Positions 18,901-28,145 of a stretch of 54,915 nt of DNA are shown one piece after another. Where the stretch lies: IMG/VR virus record IMGVR_UViG_3300025115_000013, positions 1 through 54,915 of that record; one strand, given 5' to 3'. The stretch is from a virus (Duplodnaviria; Caudoviricetes). Numbering within the stretch: position 1 is the stretch's first letter; each line of letters opens with the position of its first letter. Both the position numbers and the translations under genes were made by a program. The notes beneath the pieces were generated by a model. That model saw only the letters and a list, made by a program, of their open reading frames with translations, had not been told where the DNA came from and did not search any database.

Positions 18901-19782
18901 ACTAAAAAGTGTTTGGATTGGCTCAAACTTTTTCAACGTTGGGCTAACTGTTACCTTTACGCCGCGGGTTAACGCTTCTGCAAGCCATAATTCAATTAAC
19001 TCGCTAGGGCTTATAGAAGGATTCCCAGCAGTATTATATTTAACCTCTTCGTAACTTACATTCATGAATATGTCTAAAACCAACGGTGAATGTTGTTTAA
19101 TAAAGTAATGGCTTTCAGAACTGTATGTTGCAAAATCTGAGGTACGAAGTAACCCTGCCCTTCCGCCAACTCGCTGAATTGCAAAATCAGCGTCAACTGG
19201 TTTAACAATTTCAAACCATTCTTTAACTGCATTAAACCCCACTGTTTTCACAGTTTCTCTGAATTCATCTTTCTTGACCCAGATTTGTGCACAACACCAA
19301 ACATTATAAGGTTTATTGTTATGAATAAAACTATTGTCTGGAACGATTTCTTCATACACCAAATGAAAATGCTTTTCTAAACGATTAATAATACTTGCTT
19401 TTTTAAATGTTCTTGGAAGAACAAAAGCAATTGCTTCGCTAAATGTTGCTGCATGATTGAAAAACCTCACTGCAAGATTTGAGTTTTTACCAAACGGTGG
19501 ATTTCCAATAGTAACTACTTTACTGCCTGATTCAGGAACCCACGTAAAAAAATCTTGTTCAATTATCCCTAACGATTTCGGCTCAAGATCAAGACCAACC
19601 CTTTTACTAGTATCTAGCAAATTATAAAAACTACCAGTCCCAGCTGAAGGTTCTAGTAGCACATCGATGTTGTTAAATGAAACATACTGCTGAACTTTTC
19701 TTAGAAAAGAAGCAGCATAATCTGGGTGAGTGTAAAACTGATCTAACTCACGAGAACGTTCGCGGGGGGCTTTTTTGTTCAT
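18892..19782 (-). CDS. amino (N6-adenine/N4-cytosine) DNA methyltransferase
   Basis: DQFYT, LLEPSAGTGSF, IGNPPFG; likely start MNKKAP. Confidence 0.88.
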   Translation of the reverse strand: MNKKAPRERSRELDQFYTHPDYAASFLRKVQQYVSFNNIDVLLEPSAGTGSFYNLLDTSKRVGLDLEPKSLGIIEQDFFTWVPESGSKVVTIGNPPFGKNSNLAVRFFNHAATFSEAIAFVLPRTFKKASIINRLEKHFHLVYEEIVPDNSFIHNNKPYNVWCCAQIWVKKDEFRETVKTVGFNAVKEWFEIVKPVDADFAIQRVGGRAGLLRTSDFATYSSESHYFIKQHSPLVLDIFMNVSYEEVKYNTAGNPSISPSELIELWLAEALTRGVKVTVSPTLKKFEPIQTLFSFQ

Positions 19783-20392
19783 AAGGCAATAATATATTTC
19801 TGTAGTTAATAGTATATTTAACAAACGGGATACCGGCAGCAATCATATCACTTAGATTCATTGAACACTGAACTCTACGTTGCGTTTTGCTGTCTATTTT
19901 TGCGTTGATGGAAATAAGCCCTTTGCCAAATTGGTTGTATAGTTCTGACCTCATTTGTTTCCACTTCGTTCTGTTAGCTAACTGTGCTGTTTTCCCATTG
20001 GGTATAGATTTTACATACTCAACAAACGGACGTAACGCATCTTCGGTTAATCTTCCCCATAAAATATAATATGATTCTTTAGTAATGTAAAATTCGTAAA
20101 TTTCTGAATAACGTTTAATTGTCTGTGTTACCTGATTCCATGACCCAATAACCATTATAAATTCGTCATCCCGACAATGGCGAAGAAATCGTAAAATGTC
20201 TCCGCACCCGACGATTTTTCCACCTTTCGAAACTTTTATTGACATATTAGCATCACTCAGGCACCCTTTTACGATATCCATCGAACTTGTGTATGAGTTG
20301 CGAAATAAATCTTGATACTCAGACTTTGCTTTACCTGTTAATGCTGTAATAACTGTGTCTTCAAATACTACCCCATGGTTTTGGACTTCCAT
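19748..20392 (-). CDS. putative type II restriction endonuclease
   Basis: overlaps MTase; HG..FE, D..SIK PD-(D/E)XK-like pattern, RVQCS. Confidence 0.55.
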   Translation of the reverse strand: MEVQNHGVVFEDTVITALTGKAKSEYQDLFRNSYTSSMDIVKGCLSDANMSIKVSKGGKIVGCGDILRFLRHCRDDEFIMVIGSWNQVTQTIKRYSEIYEFYITKESYYILWGRLTEDALRPFVEYVKSIPNGKTAQLANRTKWKQMRSELYNQFGKGLISINAKIDSKTQRRVQCSMNLSDMIAAGIPFVKYTINYRNILLPYEQKSPPRTFS

Positions 20393-20402
20393 GCACTACT
20401 CC

Positions 20403-20684
20403 TTACACCTCAATTTCTGTAGGGCTGTGCACAATCTCGCCCTCAAGGTCCATTTGCGTCCGTTCGCCCATAGTAGGCGATGCGTCGGAATACAGTTGGT
20501 AGCCTGTTGCTACAAAACGGAACTTACCGCCGTCTTTTTCTAAACGTGCTTTTACGTTAGAGTAAAGTTCGTCTAAGTTTGGACTTTGGTAGTTAGGAAC
20601 ACGCACCATGTACTCGCGTGATTCAGTTGCCTTCCAATCTTGCCCTTGTTTTAGTTGCTGCTCGAGAGTAACTACGAATTTCAT
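20403..20684 (-). CDS. hypothetical protein
   Basis: 93-aa ORF in packed operon. Confidence 0.55.
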   Translation of the reverse strand: MKFVVTLEQQLKQGQDWKATESREYMVRVPNYQSPNLDELYSNVKARLEKDGGKFRFVATGYQLYSDASPTMGERTQMDLEGEIVHSPTEIEV

Positions 20685-20863
20685 GATTCCACCTTTTGAT
20701 AAAGTTTAAAAAATTCACATTCGTATTGGCCACGACTGTGTAACGAGTCTACTACTTTTACTTTCTGGAAATGCAATGTTGCTGGATCTACTTCATGATA
20801 ATAACAAAACTTTGCTTTACTACACTTGTTATCAGCGCACAGTGTAATCTCTTTTTTAGTCAT
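20681..20863 (-). CDS. small Cys-containing hypothetical protein
   Basis: ITLC..KC....C..CEFF. Confidence 0.5.
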   Translation of the reverse strand: MTKKEITLCADNKCSKAKFCYYHEVDPATLHFQKVKVVDSLHSRGQYECEFFKLYQKVES

Positions 20864-21105
20864 TTTATCACCTTATCTGGATGTTCGAACGGTGGTTCTA
20901 ACATAAACTTTAACAGCATATCAGAACACATCAAATTCGAAATTGCTAAATCATGCTCTGTCGGAAAATGTCGCAAAAGCATTCTTGCATGTTCTCGGAC
21001 ACTTTTAGGTATTTTAGGCGATTTTGTCGGATTTGTCAAGTCTATTAGAAATCGTTTTGTTAGCAAAACCGCTCTGGTTCTCTCGTCTGGCATTGTCATG
21101 ATCAA
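20860..21105 (-). CDS. BPSL0761-like small protein
   Basis: MTMPDERTRAV..F..L..P..P..VRE.AR..LRHFP. Confidence 0.65.
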   Translation of the reverse strand: MIMTMPDERTRAVLLTKRFLIDLTNPTKSPKIPKSVREHARMLLRHFPTEHDLAISNLMCSDMLLKFMLEPPFEHPDKVIK

Positions 21106-21111
21106 CTCCTT

Positions 21112-21381
21112 TTATCGATTGACCAACTCACGAATCTGACGCAGAGTTTCCTCTGCCTTTGATTCAATATAAACCACATCACTTAGATCAGAGTAGTGCA
21201 TTTCAAGACATTCTAGTAACAGTGACTTGATTGCAGACTCGTCTGGCTTCTTACGCAACGAACTTGAATGATAGACCTTTTCCAGTTCCAGTTCCTTTTC
21301 AGATTGCCATTGTGTGATCTTGTCTAATGACCATTCACCATTTCTGATCCCAATGAGGAACTTGCTATTGCGTTCAAGATC
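21112..21381 (-). pseudogene. C-terminal remnant of a nucleotidyltransferase (NrdC.11/YcgL-like)
   Basis: start-less frame DLERNSKFLIGIRNGEWSLDKI..SSLRKKPDESAIKSLLLECLEMHY. Confidence 0.55.
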
Positions 21382-21650
21382 AACTCGCCATCTACTTTTT
21401 CTTTAAAGTCTGGGAACAGAGTAAACAGCAAGAACTCGTCCACAGGCTTATACCCTTTGCCTTCTTTTTGCTGCTCAAGTTTAACTAACGGACTAATATA
21501 ACTCCCGTGTTTCTTAAACTGCAACTTACCTCCACGCCTCCCCCAAGCAGCATACGCAATTGGACCAACTGTAAAGCTGACCCAAACCTTATCGTGGCCA
21601 GTTTCGTGATTCCACAGAATCTTACGATATTTGATTACGCTGTCGCTCAT
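21324..21650 (-). CDS. WGR-domain-like protein
   Basis: HDKVW, AWGRRG, KEGKGY. Confidence 0.6.
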   Translation of the reverse strand: MSDSVIKYRKILWNHETGHDKVWVSFTVGPIAYAAWGRRGGKLQFKKHGSYISPLVKLEQQKEGKGYKPVDEFLLFTLFPDFKEKVDGELILNAIASSSLGSEMVNGH

Positions 21651-22035
21651 GATCCAAACCTCACTGTAATATCAAACAAAACTCGTTCTTTAACGATTAG
21701 TGTAGTACCGACACTTTCGTACCAATCTTCACCGTGTTTAAACTCTGAGAAAATATAAGCACCTACCTCTGGATCCATTACAGCAACAGTATACACTTTT
21801 CCGGACGGGCAGTCAAATTCTTTTGCTACTTTAAATTTTGGTTCTGGCTTTTTAGGGCCAGACGGTTGGGCAGGCGGCCATTTATGGAGTCCTGCTGGTC
21901 CTGTTCCGGAAGTATATGCTTTTCTGGATGCTTCGGCGAAGGCTTTTGCATACTTGTCGAACTGTTTTGAATCGCCTCCCTACAGGAGATCGTCGCGTAC
22001 TTGTGTTTTCATAATATCTAGCCAGTCGATGTCGT

Positions 22036-22404
22036 TCATTCTGCACCTATTTTGCTTTCTTTAAATGCACCCGGATCTTTAGCGTCTTTTAAAATAGCTA
22101 TAGTACGATTTTTATCGTGTTTCCGCTTTTGCTTTTCGGTGTCGATTCGATATTTAGACTCGGCTTTCTCTCGGTTCCAACCAAGATATTGAGCGTACTG
22201 CAACCCTTTTTCAAGCCCGAACATAAATGTACTCAACGTTTCCACTGACCCACCTGCCATTTCAAAGTCCGGTGCATAGCACGGCCAATGTTCGGGTGTT
22301 GGATACAACCCAATTTCTCCATTGTGGTATTTAGAATGCTTGATTTTTAAACCAAGGCGTTCTGCTTGGTCCTCGAATTGTTTGAGTTGAAAATAAGATG
22401 TCAT
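22036..22404 (-). CDS. hypothetical protein
   Basis: 122-aa ORF. Confidence 0.55.
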   Translation of the reverse strand: MTSYFQLKQFEDQAERLGLKIKHSKYHNGEIGLYPTPEHWPCYAPDFEMAGGSVETLSTFMFGLEKGLQYAQYLGWNREKAESKYRIDTEKQKRKHDKNRTIAILKDAKDPGAFKESKIGAE

Positions 22405-22614
22405 TTACTTATATCCAAATTTAAATGCGATTTCATCAACAAGCATATCTGCTTTTTTATCTTTAATGTAGTCTGCGCCGTATATAGTGCTTATTACTTC
22501 TTTAAGCACCTCTTCTGTGTACTTTTCTAAATCGAGTAGATCCTCGATGTCAGTTTGCGCTTGTTCGTCGTGGAAACACCGGTTAGCGATTTTTTGAAGT
22601 TTTTGATTGTTCAT
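22405..22614 (-). CDS. hypothetical protein
   Basis: 69-aa ORF with GAGG RBS. Confidence 0.55.
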   Translation of the reverse strand: MNNQKLQKIANRCFHDEQAQTDIEDLLDLEKYTEEVLKEVISTIYGADYIKDKKADMLVDEIAFKFGYK

Positions 22615-23064
22615 CTTTTACCTCTTGAATGATTCTGTTAAGGTCGTATTGTAGTCGGTCTGAAAGAAACCCCACTGGAAGATACGGTCCTTTCTTTTCT
22701 GACCCATAAGGGTTAACAAACAACAAACCATCTTTATCAACTGTATACAGGATTTTGCTCATTTGTAATCCTCTGCTGGGAACATCTCGTTCATAGTAGC
22801 AACAATGACTTCGTTTGCTACCTTACCGTGTTTAAGCATAAGAACCATTTTGGCCTTTTCGAATCCATTATGTATGCAATCACAAGAATAACTAGTATAA
22901 ACACTACCGCAAATAGCATTCCTGCTAAGTATGTTTCACTAAACATTATGTATTCATCTTCATCAGTGCATAAAGACTACCGAACAAGGCAACGTTAGCA
23001 GCAAGTGTAACCACAATTGCTTTAACCAGCGGACTCATGTTTTCGTATTTTTCTATTATCTTAC

Positions 23065-23250
23065 TCATTTGTAATCCTTTATTAGAACATAACCTTTCTT
23101 GTCACACACTTGAATAATTTCAGCTGCTGACTTACCTGCTTTTGCTAATTCTACCTTGCATTCAGTAGTCTTGTGGTTTTCATATGCTAAGCCGGCAAAC
23201 ATTGCTCCAAACACAATCGAACAGAATATCATTAGCCATTTAACTTCCAT
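23065..23250 (-). CDS. small membrane-anchored protein
   Basis: N-terminal TM helix, C..C pair. Confidence 0.55.
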   Translation of the reverse strand: MEVKWLMIFCSIVFGAMFAGLAYENHKTTECKVELAKAGKSAAEIIQVCDKKGYVLIKDYK

Positions 23251-23441
23251 TATTCTACCCCAATCATCCTGCCGTACCTTAGTTTCTCTGACCTTACCTG
23301 AGCAAGGCGCTCTTTAACTCGATTTAGTTCTCTCAATACACGCTGTTCTTCTAAGCAGGTTTGGTCGTAGATATGAGCAGCAACAGATATCGCAAATGCC
23401 TTCTGGCTTAATTCAACTATGGTTGATCTACTAGGCTGCAT
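23250..23441 (-). CDS. hypothetical protein
   Basis: 63 aa with AGGAG RBS. Confidence 0.55.
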   Translation of the reverse strand: MQPSRSTIVELSQKAFAISVAAHIYDQTCLEEQRVLRELNRVKERLAQVRSEKLRYGRMIGVE

Positions 23442-23472
23442 CTCCTACTCCTGCTTGTTTAATATTTGCGTA

Positions 23473-23745
23473 TTATACTGCGGCTAATTCTTTTTCGTCA
23501 ACCAATTTATTTCTGAGCTCGGCCATTTTACCTCGGGCCGCAGTATAAAAGAAGATGTGCAAGCAATACAACGTACCAAGGAACCATGCGCCGTGCCACA
23601 CCATAAATCCCGTAACCGCAACATCAAGCACAATGTCTGCCTCGGGCGGAACACTCCATTTATGCTCTTTTTTTACTAGTTCAGCAACTACAATGTCGGT
23701 TGGCAAAATCAGGGATAACAAAAACATTGCCCAGGTAATAAACAC
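23473..23745 (-). CDS. membrane protein
   Basis: hydrophobic segments. Confidence 0.5.
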   Translation of the reverse strand: MFITWAMFLLSLILPTDIVVAELVKKEHKWSVPPEADIVLDVAVTGFMVWHGAWFLGTLYCLHIFFYTAARGKMAELRNKLVDEKELAAV

Positions 23746-23849
23746 TGCTAAATTATATGCACCAGCACTCTGTTCAACGAGTGCAAAATACAGCAGTACC
23801 GCAAAAAGAGAATTAAGAACTGCTCAACGAACTGCACGAATAATAGCTT

Positions 23850-24077
23850 TCATTTTCCAAGTGTCTCCCACATTAATTCAGTGTCTTTAACATACGCAAT
23901 AGGTTTAATCCATTTATGCTCTATTGCTTGCATTAAGATTTGCTTATACTGCAACGGGCAACGTTCTGATATTTCAAACCCAGCGCGAGGTGCAACCACG
24001 TAACCATCAACAATGTTGAAGCGAGGATCGTCATTTTTAATTGTCCTTATGCAAGTTTGGCGAACTTTTACCTTCAT
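23850..24077 (-). CDS. hypothetical protein
   Basis: start moved to MKVKVR; APRAGFEIS..CP..YK motif. Confidence 0.6.
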   Translation of the reverse strand: MKVKVRQTCIRTIKNDDPRFNIVDGYVVAPRAGFEISERCPLQYKQILMQAIEHKWIKPIAYVKDTELMWETLGK

Positions 24078-24078
24078 G

Positions 24079-24384
24079 CTACGAAAACTCTCGAACCAGA
24101 TTTTCCATAGTACCTTGGATCCAGGCGGCACCGATAGGGTTTTGGCTATGCACCTTGAACTCGAAGTTCTCCGGAAAGGAAATCCTGCTGTCGGCCAGCT
24201 CGTCAAGGAGCCACAGTATAAACACACGACTAGTATCGTTTCCTCCCAGGTCGTGATCAAAGCTAATAACAGACGGCATACCAAGTTGCTTTACTGTGTC
24301 AATAGCAAAAGAACTCGACCGCACGATAACCCATCCTTCAGTAGCAGGAAACCGTTCGTCGTCGATAAACATCTTGTAAGTCAC
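24079..24384 (-). CDS. cyclic-phosphate-processing receiver-domain-like protein
   Basis: FIDDER.P, ISFDHDLG, VHSQNPIG. Confidence 0.75.
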   Translation of the reverse strand: MTYKMFIDDERFPATEGWVIVRSSSFAIDTVKQLGMPSVISFDHDLGGNDTSRVFILWLLDELADSRISFPENFEFKVHSQNPIGAAWIQGTMENLVREFS

Positions 24385-24674
24385 GCAAACCCCTTAATAA
24401 ACTCAAGTGCGGAATCCTTGCTGTTAAATGTAGCCTTACCGGTGTGAGGAAGACTGCGATTAGCAGTCTGCCACTCAACAACAATCTTAGTCGGGCTGTA
24501 CACCGCAAACTTGCCGTCGGTGATGCGAGCTTTGCAGAACAGAGCGGCATACGCCATTACGGCTCGCGGATTGCTCTTCGGCGTAATCTCAAATTCGGAA
24601 ACACCGTACGAGTCGTTGAGCTGTTCCTTGCAAAACTCAACCAACTCGTTAAACACATCTTTGCGGGCGGACAT
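24381..24674 (-). CDS. hypothetical early protein
   Basis: 97 aa, AGGAG RBS and own promoter. Confidence 0.6.
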   Translation of the reverse strand: MSARKDVFNELVEFCKEQLNDSYGVSEFEITPKSNPRAVMAYAALFCKARITDGKFAVYSPTKIVVEWQTANRSLPHTGKATFNSKDSALEFIKGFA

Positions 24675-24704
24675 TTTCTGCTCCTGCTTGTTTATGATGT
24701 AAAG

Positions 24705-24733
24705 ATTATACTACTCTTTTTCCAAAGTGTCAA
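24705..24733 (-). promoter_or_regulatory. sigma70-type early promoter
   Basis: GG-TTGACA-N17-TATAAT. Confidence 0.85.
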
Positions 24734-24923
24734 CCATTTTAATAAAGCTACGGAACATATCTTGAGCCCTTGCTGCGGCTTGCTCTTGGCTCAGTTGTTG
24801 GACGCAGCCTGCAGTTACTCCTTTGCCCATCCATTGTGCGGCATCGGCTTCACAGGCTGCTTTAGTGTCGTATGAACCTACTGTATTTACTGCGCCAGCA
24901 AGAATAAGAATTAGCTGCCACAT
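24711..24923 (-). CDS. small secreted/membrane protein
   Basis: MWQLILI..Y.TKAACE..CV. Confidence 0.55.
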   Translation of the reverse strand: MWQLILILAGAVNTVGSYDTKAACEADAAQWMGKGVTAGCVQQLSQEQAAARAQDMFRSFIKMVDTLEKE

Positions 24924-24924
24924 T

Positions 24925-25101
24925 TTACTTTACTCCATAGTAGACGAAATGGGTTGCATCAGCAATGCGGCAGTCGGCAGCATTCCAAAAACGTTGATAT
25001 GCTGTTCGCGGGTAGCGAGGACCACGGAAGAAAACCTTAACCCCTTTGTTAGTCTTGCGCCATTCGGCGTATTCAGACATCGGACGCTTGATTCGCATTT
25101 T
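24925..25101 (-). CDS. hypothetical protein
   Basis: FRGPR motif; start uncertain. Confidence 0.45.
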   Translation of the reverse strand, partial: KMRIKRPMSEYAEWRKTNKGVKVFFRGPRYPRTAYQRFWNAADCRIADATHFVYYGVK

Positions 25102-25382
25102 CACATGCTCCAGTAAGTTTCGCTTGCCGGGTTGCAACACCAAGGTGTATTGCTGTCAATCTCAACTTCAACGTTCGACATCAGCGTCCGAACCTTAACC
25201 TTGTGAACTACGTTCTTAGTGTAGTTCTCGTAGGTAGCGTAAGCATACGGAGCAACCTTAACGTTCTTGTCACGCAGGGCATTGCGGTTAGCACAAGTAG
25301 TAGACCGCTTGGCGCTGGACTCGTCGTTGAATTCCTTGATGCGCTGGGTGCTTGCAATGTGGTAAACGACGTAGGTTGTCAT
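25101..25382 (-). CDS. hypothetical early protein
   Basis: C-terminal TPWCCNPASETYWSM; RBS and promoter. Confidence 0.65.
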   Translation of the reverse strand: MTTYVVYHIASTQRIKEFNDESSAKRSTTCANRNALRDKNVKVAPYAYATYENYTKNVVHKVKVRTLMSNVEVEIDSNTPWCCNPASETYWSM

Positions 25383-25414
25383 TTTCTGCTCCTGTTTTGT
25401 TAGCGTATGATGCT

Positions 25415-25443
25415 ATTATACCAGAATTTGGACTAATTGTCAA
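25415..25443 (-). promoter_or_regulatory. sigma70-type early promoter
   Basis: GG-TTGACA-N17-TATAAT; spacer nearly identical to 17909-17937. Confidence 0.85.
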
Positions 25444-25473
25444 CCAAAATCTTTTAGTATAAAATTCAATGAC

Positions 25474-25659
25474 TTAGCGACTGTTCTTAACTACGCAAAG
25501 AACCGGGGAAAGCATCTCATATTCCTCATAAGGTGCAACAGCAGCAACCTTAAGGAACACGTCGCGAAGCTTATTGATCGCAGAGATCGCATCAAACGCT
25601 TCTACTGAACGAAGCTCCTTGCGGGAATTGTGCAACACAGGGATAATGAACGTTGACAT
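25474..25659 (-). CDS. hypothetical early protein
   Basis: 61 aa, AGGAG RBS and promoter. Confidence 0.55.
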   Translation of the reverse strand: MSTFIIPVLHNSRKELRSVEAFDAISAINKLRDVFLKVAAVAPYEEYEMLSPVLCVVKNSR

Positions 25660-25691
25660 TTTCGGCTCCTTGTGCGTTATTTGATGTTGTT

Positions 25692-25719
25692 ATTATACGC
25701 TTTTGGATAGAAAAGTCAA
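25692..25719 (-). promoter_or_regulatory. sigma70-type early promoter
   Basis: GG-TTGACT-N16-TATAAT. Confidence 0.75.
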
Positions 25720-26153
25720 CCGAAACTTTCTTCCTTTGTAACTTGCTGATTTAGGTACTTCTTATATTCCATGTCTTCTACCAGAATGTGATGCTTTAAC
25801 CAGTTTACTAAAAATTTATGCAGCTGGTCTCTATCTGCGTACCCGCTAGACGCATCTATACACTTTTCAGCAAGAGTCTCAACGAAGGAGAAGTGGTAAT
25901 CTCTATGTTCGTCTTTTTTATTATACGAAGTTTGGGAAAATACTTCTTCTTCATACGCAAAATGCGTCCGGACATACTTCATTAACTCGTCTAACAAAAT
26001 ATGGAATGTTTCGTCAGGGACTGTGCTGCTTGATTCTTCAGCCACTTTCCCTAACGAATTTATGATAGTCACTAACTTTTTATGGTGACCATCTATGGTT
26101 GGTTCACCAACCGTATATACGCTATCCCATATAATGTTATACATTGTTGTCAC
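25716..26153 (-). CDS. bacteriohemerythrin
   Basis: W..YTVG..IDGHH, HFAYEE, HRDYH, WLKHHILVED di-iron ligands. Confidence 0.9.
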   Translation of the reverse strand: MTTMYNIIWDSVYTVGEPTIDGHHKKLVTIINSLGKVAEESSSTVPDETFHILLDELMKYVRTHFAYEEEVFSQTSYNKKDEHRDYHFSFVETLAEKCIDASSGYADRDQLHKFLVNWLKHHILVEDMEYKKYLNQQVTKEESFG

Positions 26154-26299
26154 TGTGATGCTTTTCCTTCTAATTGTTCTTTGATAAACTTTAATACCTT
26201 TCGCTGAGTATCGAATACGTATTCAACTGTTCCGTCTTCGTCAACAACAGTAACAATAAAACCATTTTCTACTTTTCGAAATTCCATAGATTCAAACAT
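26150..26299 (-). CDS. small hypothetical protein (49 aa, not in ORF track)
   Basis: MFESMEFRKVENGFIVTV..EYVF; AGGAG RBS; overlaps hemerythrin start. Confidence 0.55.
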   Translation of the reverse strand: MFESMEFRKVENGFIVTVVDEDGTVEYVFDTQRKVLKFIKEQLEGKASQ

Positions 26300-26364
26300 T
26301 GTAATCTCCTTAGATTAAACTGCAACATTAAGTATAGCGTAATGCTTTAGAAATTACAAGCCTA

Positions 26365-27672
26365 TCAGTAACCATATTTATGCAAAAATTCCGCAAACTC
26401 CGGAGCATACTCTAAAATTGAATTATTCCTAACCTGCTCGTAAGTATTTAAAAATTTAACTAGCCCAAAACGTTCTTCTTCTGCATTTAAAGGTATATGC
26501 ATATTCTCTAGTAACCGTTTATACTCATATACTCGATTTGCAATAACAGAATCTACTTTAGAAAACTCTCGAATATTCACAACTGTTTTCGTATCCGGTA
26601 AATTGTTTTTCTTAATAAGAGTGTCTAATTTCTGTATAGCAATTTCTTTAAGGTTATTCGGAAGAAGTTCAATTCTTAGCACCGAAGGCTTTTGTAATAT
26701 GTTACACGACTCAACCGGTATCTTGTTGTCAATGGAAAACTGTAACAGCTCATCTAAATAAAAAATTGTAAATACGTTCGGTGTAATTCTTAAGGTTAAA
26801 ATAAGGGATGGGTGCTTATCTCGTAATTCTACAAACTTCTGGATGTTAGTTTTAATTTGTTCAACGTCTGATGGGTAACGAATGTAGTTGTTTAATGGGT
26901 TAGTCGATTCGATGCTAATACCCAAATGGAACTCTTTAAACCGAGGAATAATTCTTTCTATCTCAGGATTATAAATGGTTGCATTAGTAGTAGTTCCGAC
27001 AATAACGTCAGTTACATTAGCATCAATTAATGCATCGCATATTTCGTATGTTTCTTTAATAAAAAGAGTTTCGCCGCCGAGCAAATGTAAATAACGCAGC
27101 CCCGATAACTGTTTTAACTCATTAAGGAAACGATTAAAAGTTTCTGTATTTTTAACCCACGGAGTTAACGAAACAGTGTTGAAAAATTTATCATCGCTCT
27201 TTATTTGCTTAAAGGTAGAGTTTAAAAACGAACTATATGTTGGACTGCACATTACACAGCCAAGGTTGCAAGTATTACCTAAGTCAATTTGTAAATTGGT
27301 TAACTCCGAATCGGCAGCACCATTATTCTGCTCGCTGTATGTAAAGTGTTTGCTATATGGTGCTAAGTAGAACGACTTAGGATACGAGTGCAAAATTTTT
27401 ACAAAATGCAACGATTTTGCACGGCCGCTTAGTTTATTGTTATTGTCCTCGTAATAACAATCTTGGCACCACACATTACCAAACTTTAACATAGAATTAC
27501 GAACTTGCCTCATTTCGTCGCTATGGAAATACTCGTTCATAGTCATCGATCTGATGTTATGGGTCGGCACAAACCCATGCTTAAACCACCGACAAGGAAT
27601 AAAATCACCCGCCGGGTTAATACGGATGTGATTCCACGGAGCACTGCAAAAATGAGCAAGATTCAGGGGCAT
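26365..27672 (-). CDS. radical SAM protein with N-terminal twitch/SPASM-like domain
   Basis: FCSAPW..PC, CQDC, CNLGCVMC, LGGETL, YIRYPS. Confidence 0.87.
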   Translation of the reverse strand: MPLNLAHFCSAPWNHIRINPAGDFIPCRWFKHGFVPTHNIRSMTMNEYFHSDEMRQVRNSMLKFGNVWCQDCYYEDNNNKLSGRAKSLHFVKILHSYPKSFYLAPYSKHFTYSEQNNGAADSELTNLQIDLGNTCNLGCVMCSPTYSSFLNSTFKQIKSDDKFFNTVSLTPWVKNTETFNRFLNELKQLSGLRYLHLLGGETLFIKETYEICDALIDANVTDVIVGTTTNATIYNPEIERIIPRFKEFHLGISIESTNPLNNYIRYPSDVEQIKTNIQKFVELRDKHPSLILTLRITPNVFTIFYLDELLQFSIDNKIPVESCNILQKPSVLRIELLPNNLKEIAIQKLDTLIKKNNLPDTKTVVNIREFSKVDSVIANRVYEYKRLLENMHIPLNAEEERFGLVKFLNTYEQVRNNSILEYAPEFAEFLHKYGY

Positions 27673-28106
27673 TAGATAATACTCGCGGCCTGTTTTACAA
27701 GAGCTTGTTGATTATTTCTTCCGACTGTCGCAAATTCTGCGGCTGTCATCCACATTACTTCTGCGGTTTCGTAGTCGTGTTGTCCAAAGTGGGTTGGGTC
27801 TTCTATCTCTACTGCAAACATATGAAGCTTGTAGGTTTCGTCTGTACCTTTAATTTTTTGGACAGGAATTGGAAAAGTAGATACAATATTATCCAGAAGG
27901 AGCCCGAGTTCCTCTGCACCTTCCCTAACTGCGGCCTGGTATACTGTTTCGCCTTTGTCTATCCCGCCTTTTGCAACTTGTGGTTTTGTTCCGCCAAAGT
28001 TTAGGTCCGACGGTGTTCGAAACATCATCAGTATCTCGCCGTCGTCTCGTCTGTAAAACGGTATCACTCCTGCTTTGTCTTTAGCCATAATCTCTCTAAT
28101 TTGCAT
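27672..28106 (-). CDS. NUDIX hydrolase
   Basis: KGGIDKGETVYQAAVREGAEELG Nudix box. Confidence 0.88.
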   Translation of the reverse strand: MQIREIMAKDKAGVIPFYRRDDGEILMMFRTPSDLNFGGTKPQVAKGGIDKGETVYQAAVREGAEELGLLLDNIVSTFPIPVQKIKGTDETYKLHMFAVEIEDPTHFGQHDYETAEVMWMTAAEFATVGRNNQQALVKQAASII

Positions 28107-28145
28107 CTAAATATTTATAAATATAGTTAAATTGGATTATAACAT

